Source: Guillardia theta CCMP2712
Taxonomy: Eukaryota > Protista > Cryptophyta
DNA: 64,000 nt
Direction of reading: 5' to 3'
Assembly: GCF_000315625.1 (NCBI RefSeq)
Contig: NW_005434657.1
Coordinates: forward strand, 939,430-1,003,429
Position 1 is the stretch's first letter. Every line of letters starts with the position of its first letter. Made by a program: the position numbers and the translations under genes. Shown here piece by piece: positions 1-12,514 of the stretch. The notes beneath the pieces are model-generated. The model did no database searches. It saw nothing but the letters and a program-made list of their open reading frames with translations, and was not told where the DNA came from.

Positions 1-332
1 CTGTTTCGTTTTTTCCTCTTCCTCTACTGCCTCTGCTGGCTCCTAGAAGCTGCCATGCTGACGTCCAAGGGGCAGACGAAGATGCGAGCGATGATGAAGA
101 AGTTTCTCGAGGTGACCAAGAAGCCCAAGCATGAAACACAAAACGAAAAGGTCGACCTAGAATTGTTAGTGCGGGAGGAGCTGACAGCATGATGCAGCTT
201 GTGGTTGACAATCCGACGAAATTCATCAACCTCGGTTGACAAAGGCAAAACTTAATGTTGTTGATCCTCTTCATAAAAGCAAAATGTAATCAAATAACAA
301 ATAACTTTCTGTCTTCTACTTGTACAACGGCG

Positions 333-2894
333 TCATCTGCTGCCCGTCATTTTCTCTAGACACTCTATCTTGGCCTTCGCCATTGCGAGTTCGCTCTCGT
401 AGAACTTGCGCAACTCCTCAGCTTTCATTCGTTCCGCATGGAGCTCTTGCTCGAGTCCAAAATTATGCGAGAGAGACAACGCCTTCATCTCCTTCCGCCG
501 CAGTGCCGTCTCCTTGTTTTTCTTCTTCTCATCTCGCAACTGATTCACCAGCACGTCGATCTTAGCCGATAGCGACTCAACTTCCTTGGCTTGGGACGAG
601 GAGAGGCCCTTCAAGGCAAGGATGTGTTGGCTCTGCTTTTCGAGTGACAGCTCCAGCTGAGTCTTCTCACTCTCGGTCTCGGCAAGTCTCTTCTGCAAGA
701 CAGTGACAGCAGCCAGCAGCTTTCTCGGGGACATGCTCTTCAGCTCCTCCATGTGAATCGCAGACAGTCCAGAATTGTTCCTGCTCGAACGTTCTGCAAG
801 GAGTTCAAGCCCTTCGAACGTGTACTCGCTGGTGTTGGGGGACTCTGAAGATGAGGATCGATTTTCCATGCTCGAGCTAGCGAGAAACAGAGGATATTCG
901 ACTTCGACACTTGACCTCGTCACTTCTGGTTGCAGTTGAGGACTGGGAGTTTGAGGGGAGAAGCTCTGCAGCAGGTCACTGACCGCATCAACGTTTCCTC
1001 CGAAGGGAGACTGAAGAGAGTCAGGACTGGTGGACGACTGCAGACTCAGAGGAGAAGAATTTCCACTCAACTGAAGCGCAGAAATCCCGCCAGCAGCTTC
1101 CCAGGAGTTATTCCCCAAGCTGTCTCGACGTGTCACGTCCCACTGCCATGGCTTGACTGGAGCTCCAACGTGCGAGGCACCATACTGCTCTTCGCTTGTC
1201 CTCAAGTCGGAACTCAAGTCGGAAGCCTCAAGCATATTTGATCGGTATCCACCACCAGAGGTGCACAGAGTAAGCCCCATCGTTGACTTCTTGTGGGGCA
1301 TTTCATTTGAAACAAACAAGCCCACCATATCCGGGGCACCGAAGTTGCGAGAGGATTCTTTTATCTCCTTCTGCTTCAAGTTCAGATGGCAGTGCATTAC
1401 CCGTCTCATCGAGGGACTGTTGCGCAAGGGACTGCTCGGATCGCTTATTTGACGCTGAATCTCCTCTGCAATCTGCAACGGAGACAACGACATGAGCCCG
1501 TCATCTTCCGTCAAAGAACTTATGGACAGCTCTACAGAAACACACCCACGCTTGTCCTCTTGCATGGCAGTCACAGAAAATCTTTTTGAGGTACTCGAGA
1601 CAGCACCAGCAATGTCAGATAAAATTCTAGATTCCATACGAAATCTCTCCTTGGCATCGTGAGAGTACTTTTCCCCAAAGGAAAGCGTGCAAGAAACTAT
1701 TCCAGTCATGCCCACGCAGTCACGAAATCCACCTTCCTTCCTGACATCTGAGGGGCTGTTTGATGATGAATCTTTCATCATGCATCGAGCAAGCAGTAAT
1801 TCTTCTGTCGGAGATTTTGGCCGAGTTTGATCAACATCTTCCATGTCATGGTTTACTTGTGTTGATCTTTCTCGATCTTCTTCAGAAAGGTTGCAAGATG
1901 GAGCCCAGCGATTTTGTGCCTGAGATATTTGCTTAATCGAATGATTCTTTCCATCCGTAGTAAAAATTTCTCTTTCTTCGACCATACAAATTCCCCACGG
2001 CCTGCTCAGCTTTGGCTCGTGGACTCGAGATCCTGGCTCCTGTCGCCCTACGAGTGTATGCACGAAGCCATGTCGTGTAATGCAGCGAATGGAGTCATTG
2101 CGGGAATCAGCAACAAAGATATTTCCCTGCTGATCACAAGCGATGAAGCATGGCTCATTGAAGGTCGCTTGAGACGCTTCCCCATCTCTGTGACCACATT
2201 CACCAGTACCGGCGATTGTCGTCACTGAGTTTGCAGCAAAATCAACTCTTCTGATCTTATGACTCTCTTGTTCAGAAACAATCAAAGTGTTCGTCAGAGC
2301 ATCCCAAGCTAAACCGTATGGGAATGAAAAGGAGGCATTAAGCAAGGTCCCATCGCGACTTTCCCCTTCTCCACTGCCAGCCACAGTCTCAAGAAACATA
2401 TCTTGTGAGCGAAGGCGCCGAATTCGGTGGTTTGAGCTGTCAGCTATATACAAGTCTCCATGTGGATCGAATGTCAGTCCGCGTGGCCCATTCAATCGAC
2501 CTGATTCATGACTTCCGTCTTGGCATCCTCGCCTTCCGCATCCAGCTACAACGCTGATATCCCATAAGCCCGAAGACCCACGACTAAGAGCTGCCACCAC
2601 ATGCGATTTGCAATACGAGACAAAAACTTCTCCGGAGGCATTCAAAGTAAGACCTCTGGGTTGTTCGAGTTCAACCTTGTACTGAGAGCATGCGAATTGA
2701 AGAGTTTCAATACAACCGTCCTCAGATACTGTTTTGATGCAATTGTTTCCGGCATCGGCCACAAGCATCAGCTTTGCTCCATAAGAACGCAAGCAGCATA
2801 TCCCTGCTGGTCTCTTGAGCTCCTGTTCTTTGCCATCACCATGGCTGGATCCATCAAAAAAATTCGTCACTGAGATCTGTCCACTCATAGACAT
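333..2894 (-). CDS. NHL-repeat (beta-propeller) protein with Ser-rich linker and C-terminal coiled coil
   Basis: Long ORF with repeated NHL motifs (PRGLTFDPHGDLYIADSSNHRIR, PYGLAWD, PCFIACDQQGNIFVADSRNDSIR, TVAGSG/TIAGTG) and a heptad-rich C-terminus; first ATG at 2894. Confidence 0.85.
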   Translation of the reverse strand: MSMSGQISVTNFFDGSSHGDGKEQELKRPAGICCLRSYGAKLMLVADAGNNCIKTVSEDGCIETLQFACSQYKVELEQPRGLTLNASGEVFVSYCKSHVVAALSRGSSGLWDISVVAGCGRRGCQDGSHESGRLNGPRGLTFDPHGDLYIADSSNHRIRRLRSQDMFLETVAGSGEGESRDGTLLNASFSFPYGLAWDALTNTLIVSEQESHKIRRVDFAANSVTTIAGTGECGHRDGEASQATFNEPCFIACDQQGNIFVADSRNDSIRCITRHGFVHTLVGRQEPGSRVHEPKLSRPWGICMVEEREIFTTDGKNHSIKQISQAQNRWAPSCNLSEEDRERSTQVNHDMEDVDQTRPKSPTEELLLARCMMKDSSSNSPSDVRKEGGFRDCVGMTGIVSCTLSFGEKYSHDAKERFRMESRILSDIAGAVSSTSKRFSVTAMQEDKRGCVSVELSISSLTEDDGLMSLSPLQIAEEIQRQISDPSSPLRNSPSMRRVMHCHLNLKQKEIKESSRNFGAPDMVGLFVSNEMPHKKSTMGLTLCTSGGGYRSNMLEASDLSSDLRTSEEQYGASHVGAPVKPWQWDVTRRDSLGNNSWEAAGGISALQLSGNSSPLSLQSSTSPDSLQSPFGGNVDAVSDLLQSFSPQTPSPQLQPEVTRSSVEVEYPLFLASSSMENRSSSSESPNTSEYTFEGLELLAERSSRNNSGLSAIHMEELKSMSPRKLLAAVTVLQKRLAETESEKTQLELSLEKQSQHILALKGLSSSQAKEVESLSAKIDVLVNQLRDEKKKNKETALRRKEMKALSLSHNFGLEQELHAERMKAEELRKFYESELAMAKAKIECLEKMTGSR

Positions 2895-3761
2895 GATCAG
2901 TTCTTTTGCAATCAAAAACCACGATGGTGAAAATTTGACAAGAGAGCTATACTGAAATATTTAACATACAGAAAGTCGGAGACGAAAATTAATCGTGAAG
3001 CGAGGTGGAGAAAATGTAAATATTTTCGACGAGAAGAAAGTTGTTACACCAATGACTTGTGAATCTATCGAAACTGTTCGAAATGTCAAAGATTAAATCT
3101 GATCTCAATGGCAACTTTCCGTAGTGTAAAAAACAAAAAAGTCTGCGCGTACACGCCAAGGTGAGAGCCAGAAGCTGATTGGAGGTCAAGAAAGATGTAG
3201 CCAAGCGCAATACGAAGCACGATCAAACCAAGAAGAGGATGTGGCAGAAAGCGGGAACAAGAGAGAAGCTGAAGCTGTCGAGCACAAAGGGAAAAGCGGG
3301 AGAAGCGGAAGATGATAGCCGCCTACAATACACTCTGCTCACAAACTCGCATATGCATGGTTCAGGGACGGTTATGGAGGGACTGGTCAGGGTTGGGTCA
3401 TCGATTGTTGGATATAGTACCGGTCTTCTGAGTTTACAAAGTAGGGGTACGACGGTTCAATCGATATATTTTCAGGGGGTGGGGGTGGGACATAACTGTT
3501 CGGTTTCAAGAGCTCCTCTCTGTTGATCTTGACTATAGCTACATTGACTACAAGCCTGCCTCGTCACAAGGCAAGCTGTGCACGCAAGTACGGGGTCATA
3601 TATCACTCAAATGTCTTGATTTTGGGGGTGGGGTAATCTTCTATAAAAAAAAAGTTGACGATTGAGTTCAATCGTCGTTTGACTATACATGTGTCGAACA
3701 ACTCGTTATAGTCAAACAACGGGCCTGCCTCGCCGGAGACGGCTAACAGAGTCAAAAAATG

Positions 3762-3834
3762 CAACCCTGACGAGACTCGAACTCGCAATCTCCTGATCCG
3801 AAGTCAGACGCCTTGTCCATTAGGCCACAGGGTC
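3762..3834 (-). tRNA. tRNA-Arg(TCG)
   Basis: Minus strand reads GACCCTGTGGCCTAATGGACAAGGCGTCTGACTTCGGATCAGGAGATTGCGAGTTCGAGTCTCGTCAGGGTTG: cloverleaf, anticodon TCG, GTTCGA T-loop, followed by a T5 Pol III terminator. Confidence 0.95.
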
Positions 3835-5086
3835 ACGTGAAGAGACCAGAATCATCAGAGTTTATATACACTCGCTCTTTCAAGACCCACACATAAGCCA
3901 GAGGGTTGCAGGGACACCCCCTATTTTGTTGGAACACCCCACCCTTGACATGTCCCGTTCTTCGTCACCCCATGCACTTCCTTTCAGATCCAACTACCCA
4001 CCCTTTGGTAATGTCCGACCCACCCCTTTCAGGACGCAAACCATTTGGCTTAGTATTTTTTTAGTAGTATATCCATAACCCCCCTCTCTGTTATGGAAGT
4101 CATGATTAGGGTGCCTCTAGGACCGGTAACGCCATCTCTTTTCATGGAAGGGGTAGGGTCCTCTACATGGGTACCTGAGATCTTTTGGTTGGTTTCAGCA
4201 GGGTAGGGTAGAACAAGATAGGCATGGGCTGGAGGGGTGGAGAGGAGAGAGGATGGACTATGGAGATGGGGGTGAGGGTACCACTGTACTACTCGTCTGT
4301 TGTAATTGGGGATGGGGTGGTTCAAAAAGAACCCTGGGCATATTTGAGGGGTACGGATACCTGTACAGACACCTCCCATGGGGGGTGGGGATGTGGTAGG
4401 GGACAGTCAGGTGCGATAACCATGTAAGAGGAGGAAAACGAATCCATGAATAGTGTAGAAAAGGAGAATCGCGAGAGTTTAGATGCAAGATAACAAGGCT
4501 TGATCTTATTAGCAATGACCTGGATGGATTCTTATATAGTAAAACACTAGATGACAAAGTGCATCCAATCAGGCTGCAGAGGGTTTATTTCTGGCCCACA
4601 TTTGCAAAAACAGAATGTTCAGGATAACCTTGAATAGCATACTAAGTCAAGATCGATTCTCAGGAGGTTCAATTCAAAGAGCTTATGTTCAGTGCAATCA
4701 GCTGGAGTCGAAGAATTCATGTTTACTGGAACAGGTTCATCTCAGAAATCATCAGAGCATCATAGTTAGACAGCAAATGAGAACTTATCGTGTTGAACAT
4801 GGATGTAACTCAAACGTACATGAAATATGACAGAAACTTGAGTCGAAAATAAGTTTTGAAGAAGTAAGGGCAGAGTGGAGGTTGAACCTGTTTTCATGAT
4901 CGATTTCGGTCTTGTTAAAAGAGCATGAGGTTGCGAGTGGACTGACTTATCAACAACAGCGTATGCATTGAACACTGGCTGAGTTGCTACATTCAAAAAA
5001 TTCTATGAATAATCAGCGACATTAGGTATGCAGACTGTATGGTTCTAATCTCTTGTCTTATGGTTCTTGCAGAACCTGTTGGGACC

Positions 5087-7770
5087 ATGAAGCTCAATCT
5101 TTTCTCAATTTTAGCTGTGTTATGTTGTTTTGATAAGTCTCTTGCATTTACGGGATCATTTGTTCAATCGCCATTGCAACGAGTCGTTTTGCATAAATCT
5201 GCCTGCAAGGTGCGATCAGTTTTGTTCCTAGTGGTTCTCTTATTCGATTCATTGGTCAGCTACAGCACATACGTGTTTATTCTCAGCGAGCAAATGTCGT
5301 CTGCAATGCTCAACCTTTGAAAAGAATCAAAAGCCTTTTTCGATCGGAAAAGAAGCAGGTGGTTTGCATATGCTTGACTTGAGCACATTGAATCTTCGAT
5401 TTTTATCACACAGCCCGAGGTAGACATAGTCGTACCGACTTTTTTCCCGCAAGCGGAGCGAATCATTGCAAGTATGGTTGCTCCAAACGAATTGATGCAC
5501 TTCTCACATTCTCTACAGTTGGTGATGTCCATGGCGACGTGGATGCTCTGCATGAATGCTTGAAGGTCACGATAGTTCGGCAGTTGATTAATAGGTTGTT
5601 GAATGTTTTCTTAATTCCAGGTTGCAAATCTAGTAGATGATGGATGGAATTGGATAGGAGGAGCTGCACATCTAGTGCAGGTAAGAATCCATTGTTGGTG
5701 CTCTCTTCATTTCCGAGCAGGTTGGCGATATTCTTGACCGGGGAATGGAAGAGCGAAGGTTCATGGCTAGAGATGTTTCTAAACAATATTGATGGATGTA
5801 GGGCAGATGTCTGCAGTCCTTGTTAGATTTGAAGCAAAAAGTTGGATTACGCCTTACGGCTATGTCTCTTCTAAAAACTTTTCAGGCGGCAGATGCGGGG
5901 GGAGCTGTGCATGTGCTCCTGGGAAATCATGAAGTATCTCTTTTGAAGTACTGTTCTCACATTAATCAGTGTTGATCGTAGGTTATGAATGTAGATTTGG
6001 ATTTCAGATACGTCTCGCCGCGAGAAAATGCATGGTTTGGCTGGGAATTTTTGGACAGAAGACCCAAGAGTGGTAGCATGTTGGTAAACATCGCAGACGA
6101 GATTTCGGCAATCAGTGAGACTTTCTCACGGTAGTCTACCATGGAGAGATTGACTTGCGTGGCCATAGGATTTCCGGCGTACATGAGAGAAAGAGTGTAT
6201 GCTTTCAGGCCCGGTGGTGGAGCGGCTCGTTGCTTGTCCAAAATGCCAATCGCCATACAAATAGGGGATTCTGTTTTCGTTCATGGAGGTTTGAGATTGC
6301 AGCATGTCGAGTATGGTCTGGAGAAGTTGAATCAGGAGACTGCGGTTCGATCAAGTCCTTGATATCTTCTCAAGCTCATCTTGCTCTCAGGCTTGGCTGT
6401 ATGGAAGTCCACGGTATACGAATTTCCCCAAGGTGCTCCTTTCTACCTTGTTGCTGTAGAGCATGACAAATAAGCTCAAGCCAAGAATGATCGACGATAT
6501 CAACTCGCCTATCTGGTCAAGAATTTATTCTGTGCCTTCTCCAAAGCGAGATGCCGAGGTAAGATTTGTTGCTATTTAAATGTTGGATCTTGTGGTTATG
6601 ATTTTGTCTTGGTAGCTGGAGCTTGAACAAGTACTCGAGAAACTAAATGCAAAGCGAATGGTAGTTGGCCATACTCCGCAGCTTCGTGGGATAAACGCGT
6701 TTGTAACTCAGAACGGATATGAGGTAACTTGTTTTCATGCATTCTAATGTGACGAGATTTAGGTGTGGAGGACAGACACGGGTATGTCCCAAGGGATGAT
6801 GTCCGGCCCTATCGAGTGTCTGGAGGTAGATGAATAGGTCGATGGTTTGACCTCCTCACGACCTGTCAGATCCTCGAAGATGGGAGGGTACATGTCCTCA
6901 CCCAAGCTGGAATTGTTCCTGCCGCAATGCGCATGCCCGAAGCTGGTGGGACTCTAGGAAATCTTGAGTTCGATGTCCTTGACTTCTACGACAGAAGGAG
7001 AGTTCATCAATGTTTGTGATGTTGACAGCGGAATTTGTACCCCGATGCCGGTCTGTCCAGAAGAATTCAGTTTGTGGTGGGTTGGTGATTGGAGATGAAC
7101 AGGAGGAAGTCATGAAGATTCAGCTCAAGGAAGCAGCAGCAGCAGACTTTTCTGAAGGGCTGGTTGTGGATGTCGTCAATGCCCAGGAGATTGTGGCCAT
7201 AGGTCCAGACGAGGCACCGCGAAATCTTTTAGAGAAGAAGGACAAGGTAGGCAAAGATGCAGGTTTGTCTGAGATAGTTGACTCTTTGCAGGCAGAGATC
7301 GAAGTCCTCAGAACGCTGGATGATAGTTCAATGCCAACGGAACAGGTGAATTCTAATTATCAAAGCATAAAGCGCTCACTTGTGACGATGCAGAGACTCA
7401 CTTTCCTCCTTGAGCGCCTAATTGCGGATGCTATCAGACGTGAGGACGAGACTTTGACAAAGGTTCCGTTTTCCTGGTGACAATTCTTGTTTTGTGCTGA
7501 TGCTTACCGCAGAAAACTGTCAAAGATGTGCTCAAGAAGGTGGTTGGCACGCAGATAGTTGACGATTACGCCGAGTTCATCGGCAAGGAGGTGAAGCTGT
7601 GGTGAGATGACTGCCGCTTGAGCTGATGATGAAGTCCTAGGTGGATCGCATCATCTCTGATGATGACCCCGAGTATGGCAAGTACGTTAATCGTATCTTG
7701 GAGAAATATGGGACGCTTGTGAAATAGGAGAAGCAGCCTCCTAAATCTGAAATGCAGTTGCGAATGAATG
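5087..7770 (+). CDS. Shewanella-like (SLP) PPP-family metallophosphatase, multi-exon, probably plastid-targeted; 3' end approximate
   Basis: Motifs on successive exons: GDVHGD, GDILDRG, LLGNHE, FVHGG, MVVGHTPQ, RTDTGMS; N-terminal signal peptide MKLNLFSILAVLCCFDKSLA-F. Confidence 0.85.
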
Positions 7771-7862
7771 CTTGGTGGCAATTCGTATTCCCGCTTCCTT
7801 TGGTTTGCCTTTCACTCGGCTCCCTCTGCCTCTCTTGCTCAGCTGTTCTAAGGTGGGGTTTA

Positions 7863-8283
7863 GTTCTCAAGTAGATCTTTCTGTAGAAACTGCTGTGAGG
7901 ATTCAAAAGTAAGAAGGGAACACTCATCAAGCGCACATCTGCCGCAACAGACTGAGCCGCAGTGTAAAGCACATGAGGACGGGTAGAGACCATGAACCAA
8001 TGCTAGCTGGGCAATGCAGAAGTATTATGGTGTGCGACTGAGGCTCAGGAAGCACAAGGGAGATTGCAGAAGTAGAAAGTAGAAAAGGTACAGCAGAGCA
8101 GAAGCACGGCTGCCGTAGGGGCCAGCCAAGTCGGGCCGAATTGCCGAATAGGTAGGCTGAGGCGGGCTCACGAAGTTACAAGGAACTTGGCTGCAACTTC
8201 CGGTCAAGGTTTGGTATAGTTTAAACAGCTTCAAGTTCTAAGTATGGTTCTTCAGTATGATGAAAAGTGTTCGCAACATGCTG
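7863..8283 (+). mobile_element. Diverged fragment of the telomere-associated RT-less element
   Basis: 8236-8283 matches TTCTAAGTATGGTTCTTCAGTATGATGAAAA..GTTCGCAAC of the 28.5 and 55.8 kb copies; 8036-8086 resembles the 3' UTR of the 28.5 kb copy (30852-30901); flanked by GGGGTTTAG and TTTAGGG. Confidence 0.6.
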
Positions 8284-8306
8284 TTTAGGGTTTAGGCCTA
8301 AACCCT
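8284..8306. repeat. Head-to-head telomeric repeat palindrome
   Basis: TTTAGGGTTTAGG|CCTAAACCCT; 8287-8306 is a perfect 20-bp palindrome. Confidence 0.85.
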
Positions 8307-8309
8307 TCC

Positions 8310-8510
8310 TTGATGATATTGGAACGCTTCTGTCTGCTATGATGTCAACGAATGCCTTACTCCGTCTGCACCAACACGTACGGGGGCTACGAATGCTCTT
8401 GCAACGCCAATTTCTACCTGGACGCGTCCGGAATATGCGATCGCTGTCCAGCAGGCATGACTTCCAGCATCGGATCGACTTCGATCAACCAGTGCTTCTG
8501 TCCGCCCATC
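8310..8510 (+). pseudogene. Cys-rich surface protein fragment 1 (EGF-like plus GCC2/ephrin-receptor-like repeat)
   Basis: VCTNTYGGYECSCNANFY..CDRCPAGMTSSIGSTSINQCFC, cut off by the Crypton terminus at 8513. Confidence 0.7.
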
Positions 8511-8512
8511 AG

Positions 8513-9912
8513 ACAGACGAACAAGGTCTGCGAGTCCCTTCAACAACCATATGAACTTTGTTTGCTTCGCAAACTGCACGATGCACCATCATCCGCACCC
8601 TTATCACAAAAGCATCTTCTCCCCTTACCCCGCAGTTGTGCCATTATCCCATCCCGGTCAACATTACAAAAGTCACAAGGAGTCATTCTTATTCCATGCT
8701 GCATATCATCGAATATTCCAATCCGTCTGTACCGAACTACACCAAAACATCTCTACACTTTTCGCCCTCCCCCGCTCTTCCTAAGCAAGTCCACCACCGT
8801 CATCCACGACAAATGGCCAAACCTTGGCGTCGCGTCCCATTCTCCTCTTGCGTCCTTGTATATTTCCATAAGAAAGTTTTTACACTGATCATACACAATG
8901 GTAAGCAGGATATCCTTATCCCCTGTTTCCGAAATGCCATTCTGTACAAATTGCTCTTGTATTCGCCTTGGCCCATTTGAAACTGGTAGGGAGTAAGCTG
9001 CTCTCGTCCCCTTCCACTGTATTGTCATTCACTGTTTGCCTGATTCTGTCATCAACCTCGCCGCCATCGCTGTCCTCTGCATCTTCCATCCCATCCTCCA
9101 TCTCCCCATCCTCAGTCACTCTGCCAGATAGGTCCCCGTGTCCCTTCCATGCCTTACCCCATCCTCCTGCGCCGCACACCCGTACTCGCCTGTGAAACAC
9201 TTACCCCTCTCTTGATCTCTTTCATGCCTTCTTCCAATCCCTTGATAGCGCCTTTCAGCTCTTCCAATGTATCCTGTATCCCTTGCATCTTCGCATTCAT
9301 TTTCTCTCTCCACTTGCCATCTCCTTGCCTTGTTATACATTCTCCATACTTGTCCTCCGCTGCTGCCTTCACGCCTGCATCCATACCTGTTCCTCCATTC
9401 TCCAACGAATTGGCTAGTGGACGATTCTCTGCGATTGTGTTGTATCCACCCATATAAGCGGACGCATCTCGTGCGGCCGCTCCTCCTGAATTTCCCCACT
9501 CGCATGCACAGTAAGTGTGGTGTTTGTGCGTAGTTTACTCTTAAGTGAACTTAGAGACTTCTATCTTCTGCTTCTCTGTCTTCTTCATCCTTACCTTACT
9601 CGTGACGTCGACAATCTCTGTGTTGTGTATACAACAGATTGCTCGAAAAATTGAATCAGCTGAAGTGCGGAAGCAAGCTGCAAGCTTCTCTTCCATTGTT
9701 GCATTTGTTTCTGTCAAGTGATTGATAGACCCTCTCATCTCGGTAATGTTCCCGTTGATGCCGTCTACGGACCCTTTCATTTCCTCCATTGATCGGATCG
9801 TGATGACATGAGGAGGCAAACCAGTAGGTTTTCTGCCATTCCCGTCAATTGAAATGTATCGGCTCAACAATGGTAGAAATTCATTCTGCTTTCCCTGCTT
9901 TCACATTTGAAG
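8513..9912 (-). mobile_element. CryptonS-like transposon, 3' portion, interrupted by a solo LTR
   Basis: PTGLPPHV and RFGHLSWMTVV motifs like CryptonS C-termini; 49 bp (9335-9383) identical to 24747-24795 of the tyrosine recombinase copy; removing the solo LTR and one TSD restores the frame FRAI-AENRP. Confidence 0.7.
9438..9636 (+). mobile_element. Solo LTR of the chromovirus family
   Basis: TGTTGTAT...ATACAACA ends, similar to LTR 15906-16152 but diverged and about 48 bp shorter; 5-bp TSD GATTG at 9433-9437 and 9637-9641. Confidence 0.92.
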
Positions 9913-9934
9913 AATGGTTCCAGGCCCGCAAGTA

Positions 9935-10385
9935 CGGCCTTGCCCTGCCAATTCCACATCTAGCCTCGGCTCTACTAGTTTCGGCTCCTGTCTCTGGCTT
10001 CCCGGCTACAAGCGCAGCGATACGATGATCACGCAGATCAAAACTTGCGTCTGTCCCGGAGTGTTTCGCTGCCTGTCCACCGACCTATTACAGCGCGTAT
10101 CAGCCCTATTACTGCTACAGACCCGAAATGAGGCGAGATTGTCCGTGCCCAGCGGGCTGGTGGCAATACTGGGTTCGACCATAACCGCGCCAAACACTAA
10201 CATTTCCTGCGTCCCCTGCGGGCCTGGAACGTCTGCGCTCCCTGTCCTATTCTGAAGCATACGCTTTGGACAAGGCCTGCAATCGCTGTCCCGCCTTCAC
10301 CGCTTCCGCTGCTGGCTCTTAGACTGCCAGTGCGTAGCTGGCTACACAAACTTCAATGGTTCCAATGGATGCGTCCCGTGCGCTG
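9935..10385 (+). pseudogene. Cys-rich surface protein fragment 2 (frameshifted GCC2-like repeats)
   Basis: CPANSTSSLGSTS, CVPCGPGTS, CNRCP, CQCVAGY spread over several frames. Confidence 0.65.
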
Positions 10386-10551
10386 CATGCTGAACATTGA
10401 GTAAAGAAAGGCTACCGGCGGCAGCAAAGCTTCCGTTATGAGGAGTAACGGATATTTTCCCGCCTTTTTTCTACCCCCTACCCCCAAATCTCTGATGAGG
10501 TACCCCCGGCAGCATCCGAGGCTGGACGCCACAAACTTCAGTGCGGCGGCC

Positions 10552-12445
10552 ATGGCGTCCAAGGAAGCGCTTGAGGCTCTAGGGAGACAGCTGGAAGCTC
10601 TAAGGCTAGATAGCGACAAGAGGTTTCAAGCCTTGGAAGAACGAAATGAGAGATCAGCCGACAAGATTCGAGCTCTAGAGCAAGACAACACTACTTTAAG
10701 GCGTCAGAAACAAGAGCACGACGAGGAGATTCGAGCCTTAAGAGAAGAGCACGACGAGAAGATTCGAGCCTTAAGAGAAGAGCACGACGAGAAGATTCGA
10801 GCCTTAAGAGAAGAGCACAACGAGGAGATTCGAGCCTTAAGAGAAGAGCACAACGAGGAGATTCGAGCCTTAAGAGAAGAGCACGACGAGGAGATTCGAG
10901 CCTTAAGAGAAGAGCACGACGAGGAGATTCGAGCCTTAAGAGAAGAGCACGACGAGAAGACTCGAGCCTTAAACGTATCTGAGCTCACGAAACAAATAGT
11001 GGGCAATCTACGATTTGGTTACTTTGACGACCTTTGCTCTACCTTTCTCCAGCTTCCAAAGGCTCCTGCAGTATTTCGGCAAAACGTTTGTCTGGCTTTT
11101 CTTCAGGCCGCGCAGAACTTACCCGCCGATAAACATTGCAAGAAGGGACATAACAGGGAGAAAGCTTTTGACCTGGAGGGCTGTAAAGTTAAATCAGGCT
11201 TGGTAGAGCGATCGCACTTGGTCCCAAACAGTGCTGCATGTCGAATCGACTGGGGGATTATTGTGCAGAATGCCCTTCCAGAGGGCTTGCGGTCGGATGA
11301 CGTCGCTAAGAAGGTTTTGTTTGGATGTTGTGATGAGGACAACAACCACATACCAGGCATTGCGGACCTTCCTTTCAACTTTATCTTCCTTGGTGGCCAA
11401 CGCGAACATTTGGAGAGCAAAGCAGCTCTGATGTTGCTTCCACTCCTATCTCCTCAGCAGCAATTCGAGTGGAAAGGCGAAGGGTACAAAGCGATTTTGA
11501 TCGGTGTTGACAAAGACGTCTACAGACAAACTTTCTTTCAACTTGATACTGAAGCTGTTCTGAAGAACTCAGAGTATCAACAACATCATTTGGACGAGGA
11601 GTCTCTCGTCAAGGAAATCTGCCGTCCGATGAAGCAGAAGTATTTGCTTCCCACCTTGTATCAAGGTACTGTAGCATTGAATGTGTTGACCGTACCAATG
11701 AAATGTTCTAGATGACAGGGAGGTGCTACATCAGGCCCTACAGCACATTCAAATTCTTTACAAGGACGTTTGTTTGATTCAGTGCGAAGCTCCCAAAAGT
11801 CTGGAAACGTTGCTGCAAGATAACGGATACTGGAACCAAGTCTCCAGGTGTTTCCAGATCAGAAAAGTCTCAGGGTGCGATGATCTCAGGGATAAGCTGA
11901 GAAAGCAGAAGAAAGTCAAGGCTTTCGAGGGACTTAAGTCTGAAACTGGGCAGCCAGTGGCGGTGGCACTGCCATGTTTTCGCGTGATCACGTTCAAAGG
12001 AGACAGTCAGGAAGAGCAACATATAGAGCTTCACACGGCACCACACCCTCTTCTTCTCTCGCTCCGATCCATGAACGCAATGGCGAATTATTTTTACGGA
12101 GATTTGCCAAATGGGAGGTCGAGTCTACTGCTTATGTCTTGTTACGGCGGCCTGGAGGAAGGAATGGCATTCGATTGTGAACTTTGCTTACGAAACGCGT
12201 TTGGCGAAGAATTCGACCCTCAAGAGCAATATGTCATGGGACCTGATGGCCCTGAGATTCTGTCTTCCGGTAATCCTGTCCAAGGTGCCGCAAGGAGTCC
12301 AGACTCTCAAAACAGTCCGGAGGCGTTACAGTATGCGGCCGAGCGTCAGTGTGGATCGAATACCAGCGCATCTCCCCCCTCGAGTCAAGAGTCGGAATGT
12401 AGCGCCGCGAGTACTGTCCAAAGGGACGTTTTTGAGGATCAGTGA
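10552..12445 (+). CDS. Coiled-coil plus putative HNH-like nuclease-family protein (exons 10552-11665, 11712-12445)
   Basis: A 46-nt GT..TAG intron (11666-11711) joins the two ORFs in frame; about 8 copies of EEHDEEIRALR; RSHLVPNS..C, PFNFIFL and APHPLLL motifs recall algal Crinkler/HNH-like families (from memory). Confidence 0.5.
10714..10972 (+). repeat. 33-bp coding tandem repeat (about 8 copies, 11-aa coiled-coil unit)
   Basis: GAGCACGACGAGGAGATTCGAGCCTTAAGAGAA unit. Confidence 0.95.
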
Positions 12446-12514
12446 AGTTTTAAGGATGATGGTGTGCTATATCAGATCATGTCTTAGCATCATGAATAGA
12501 ATACCTTACATGTT

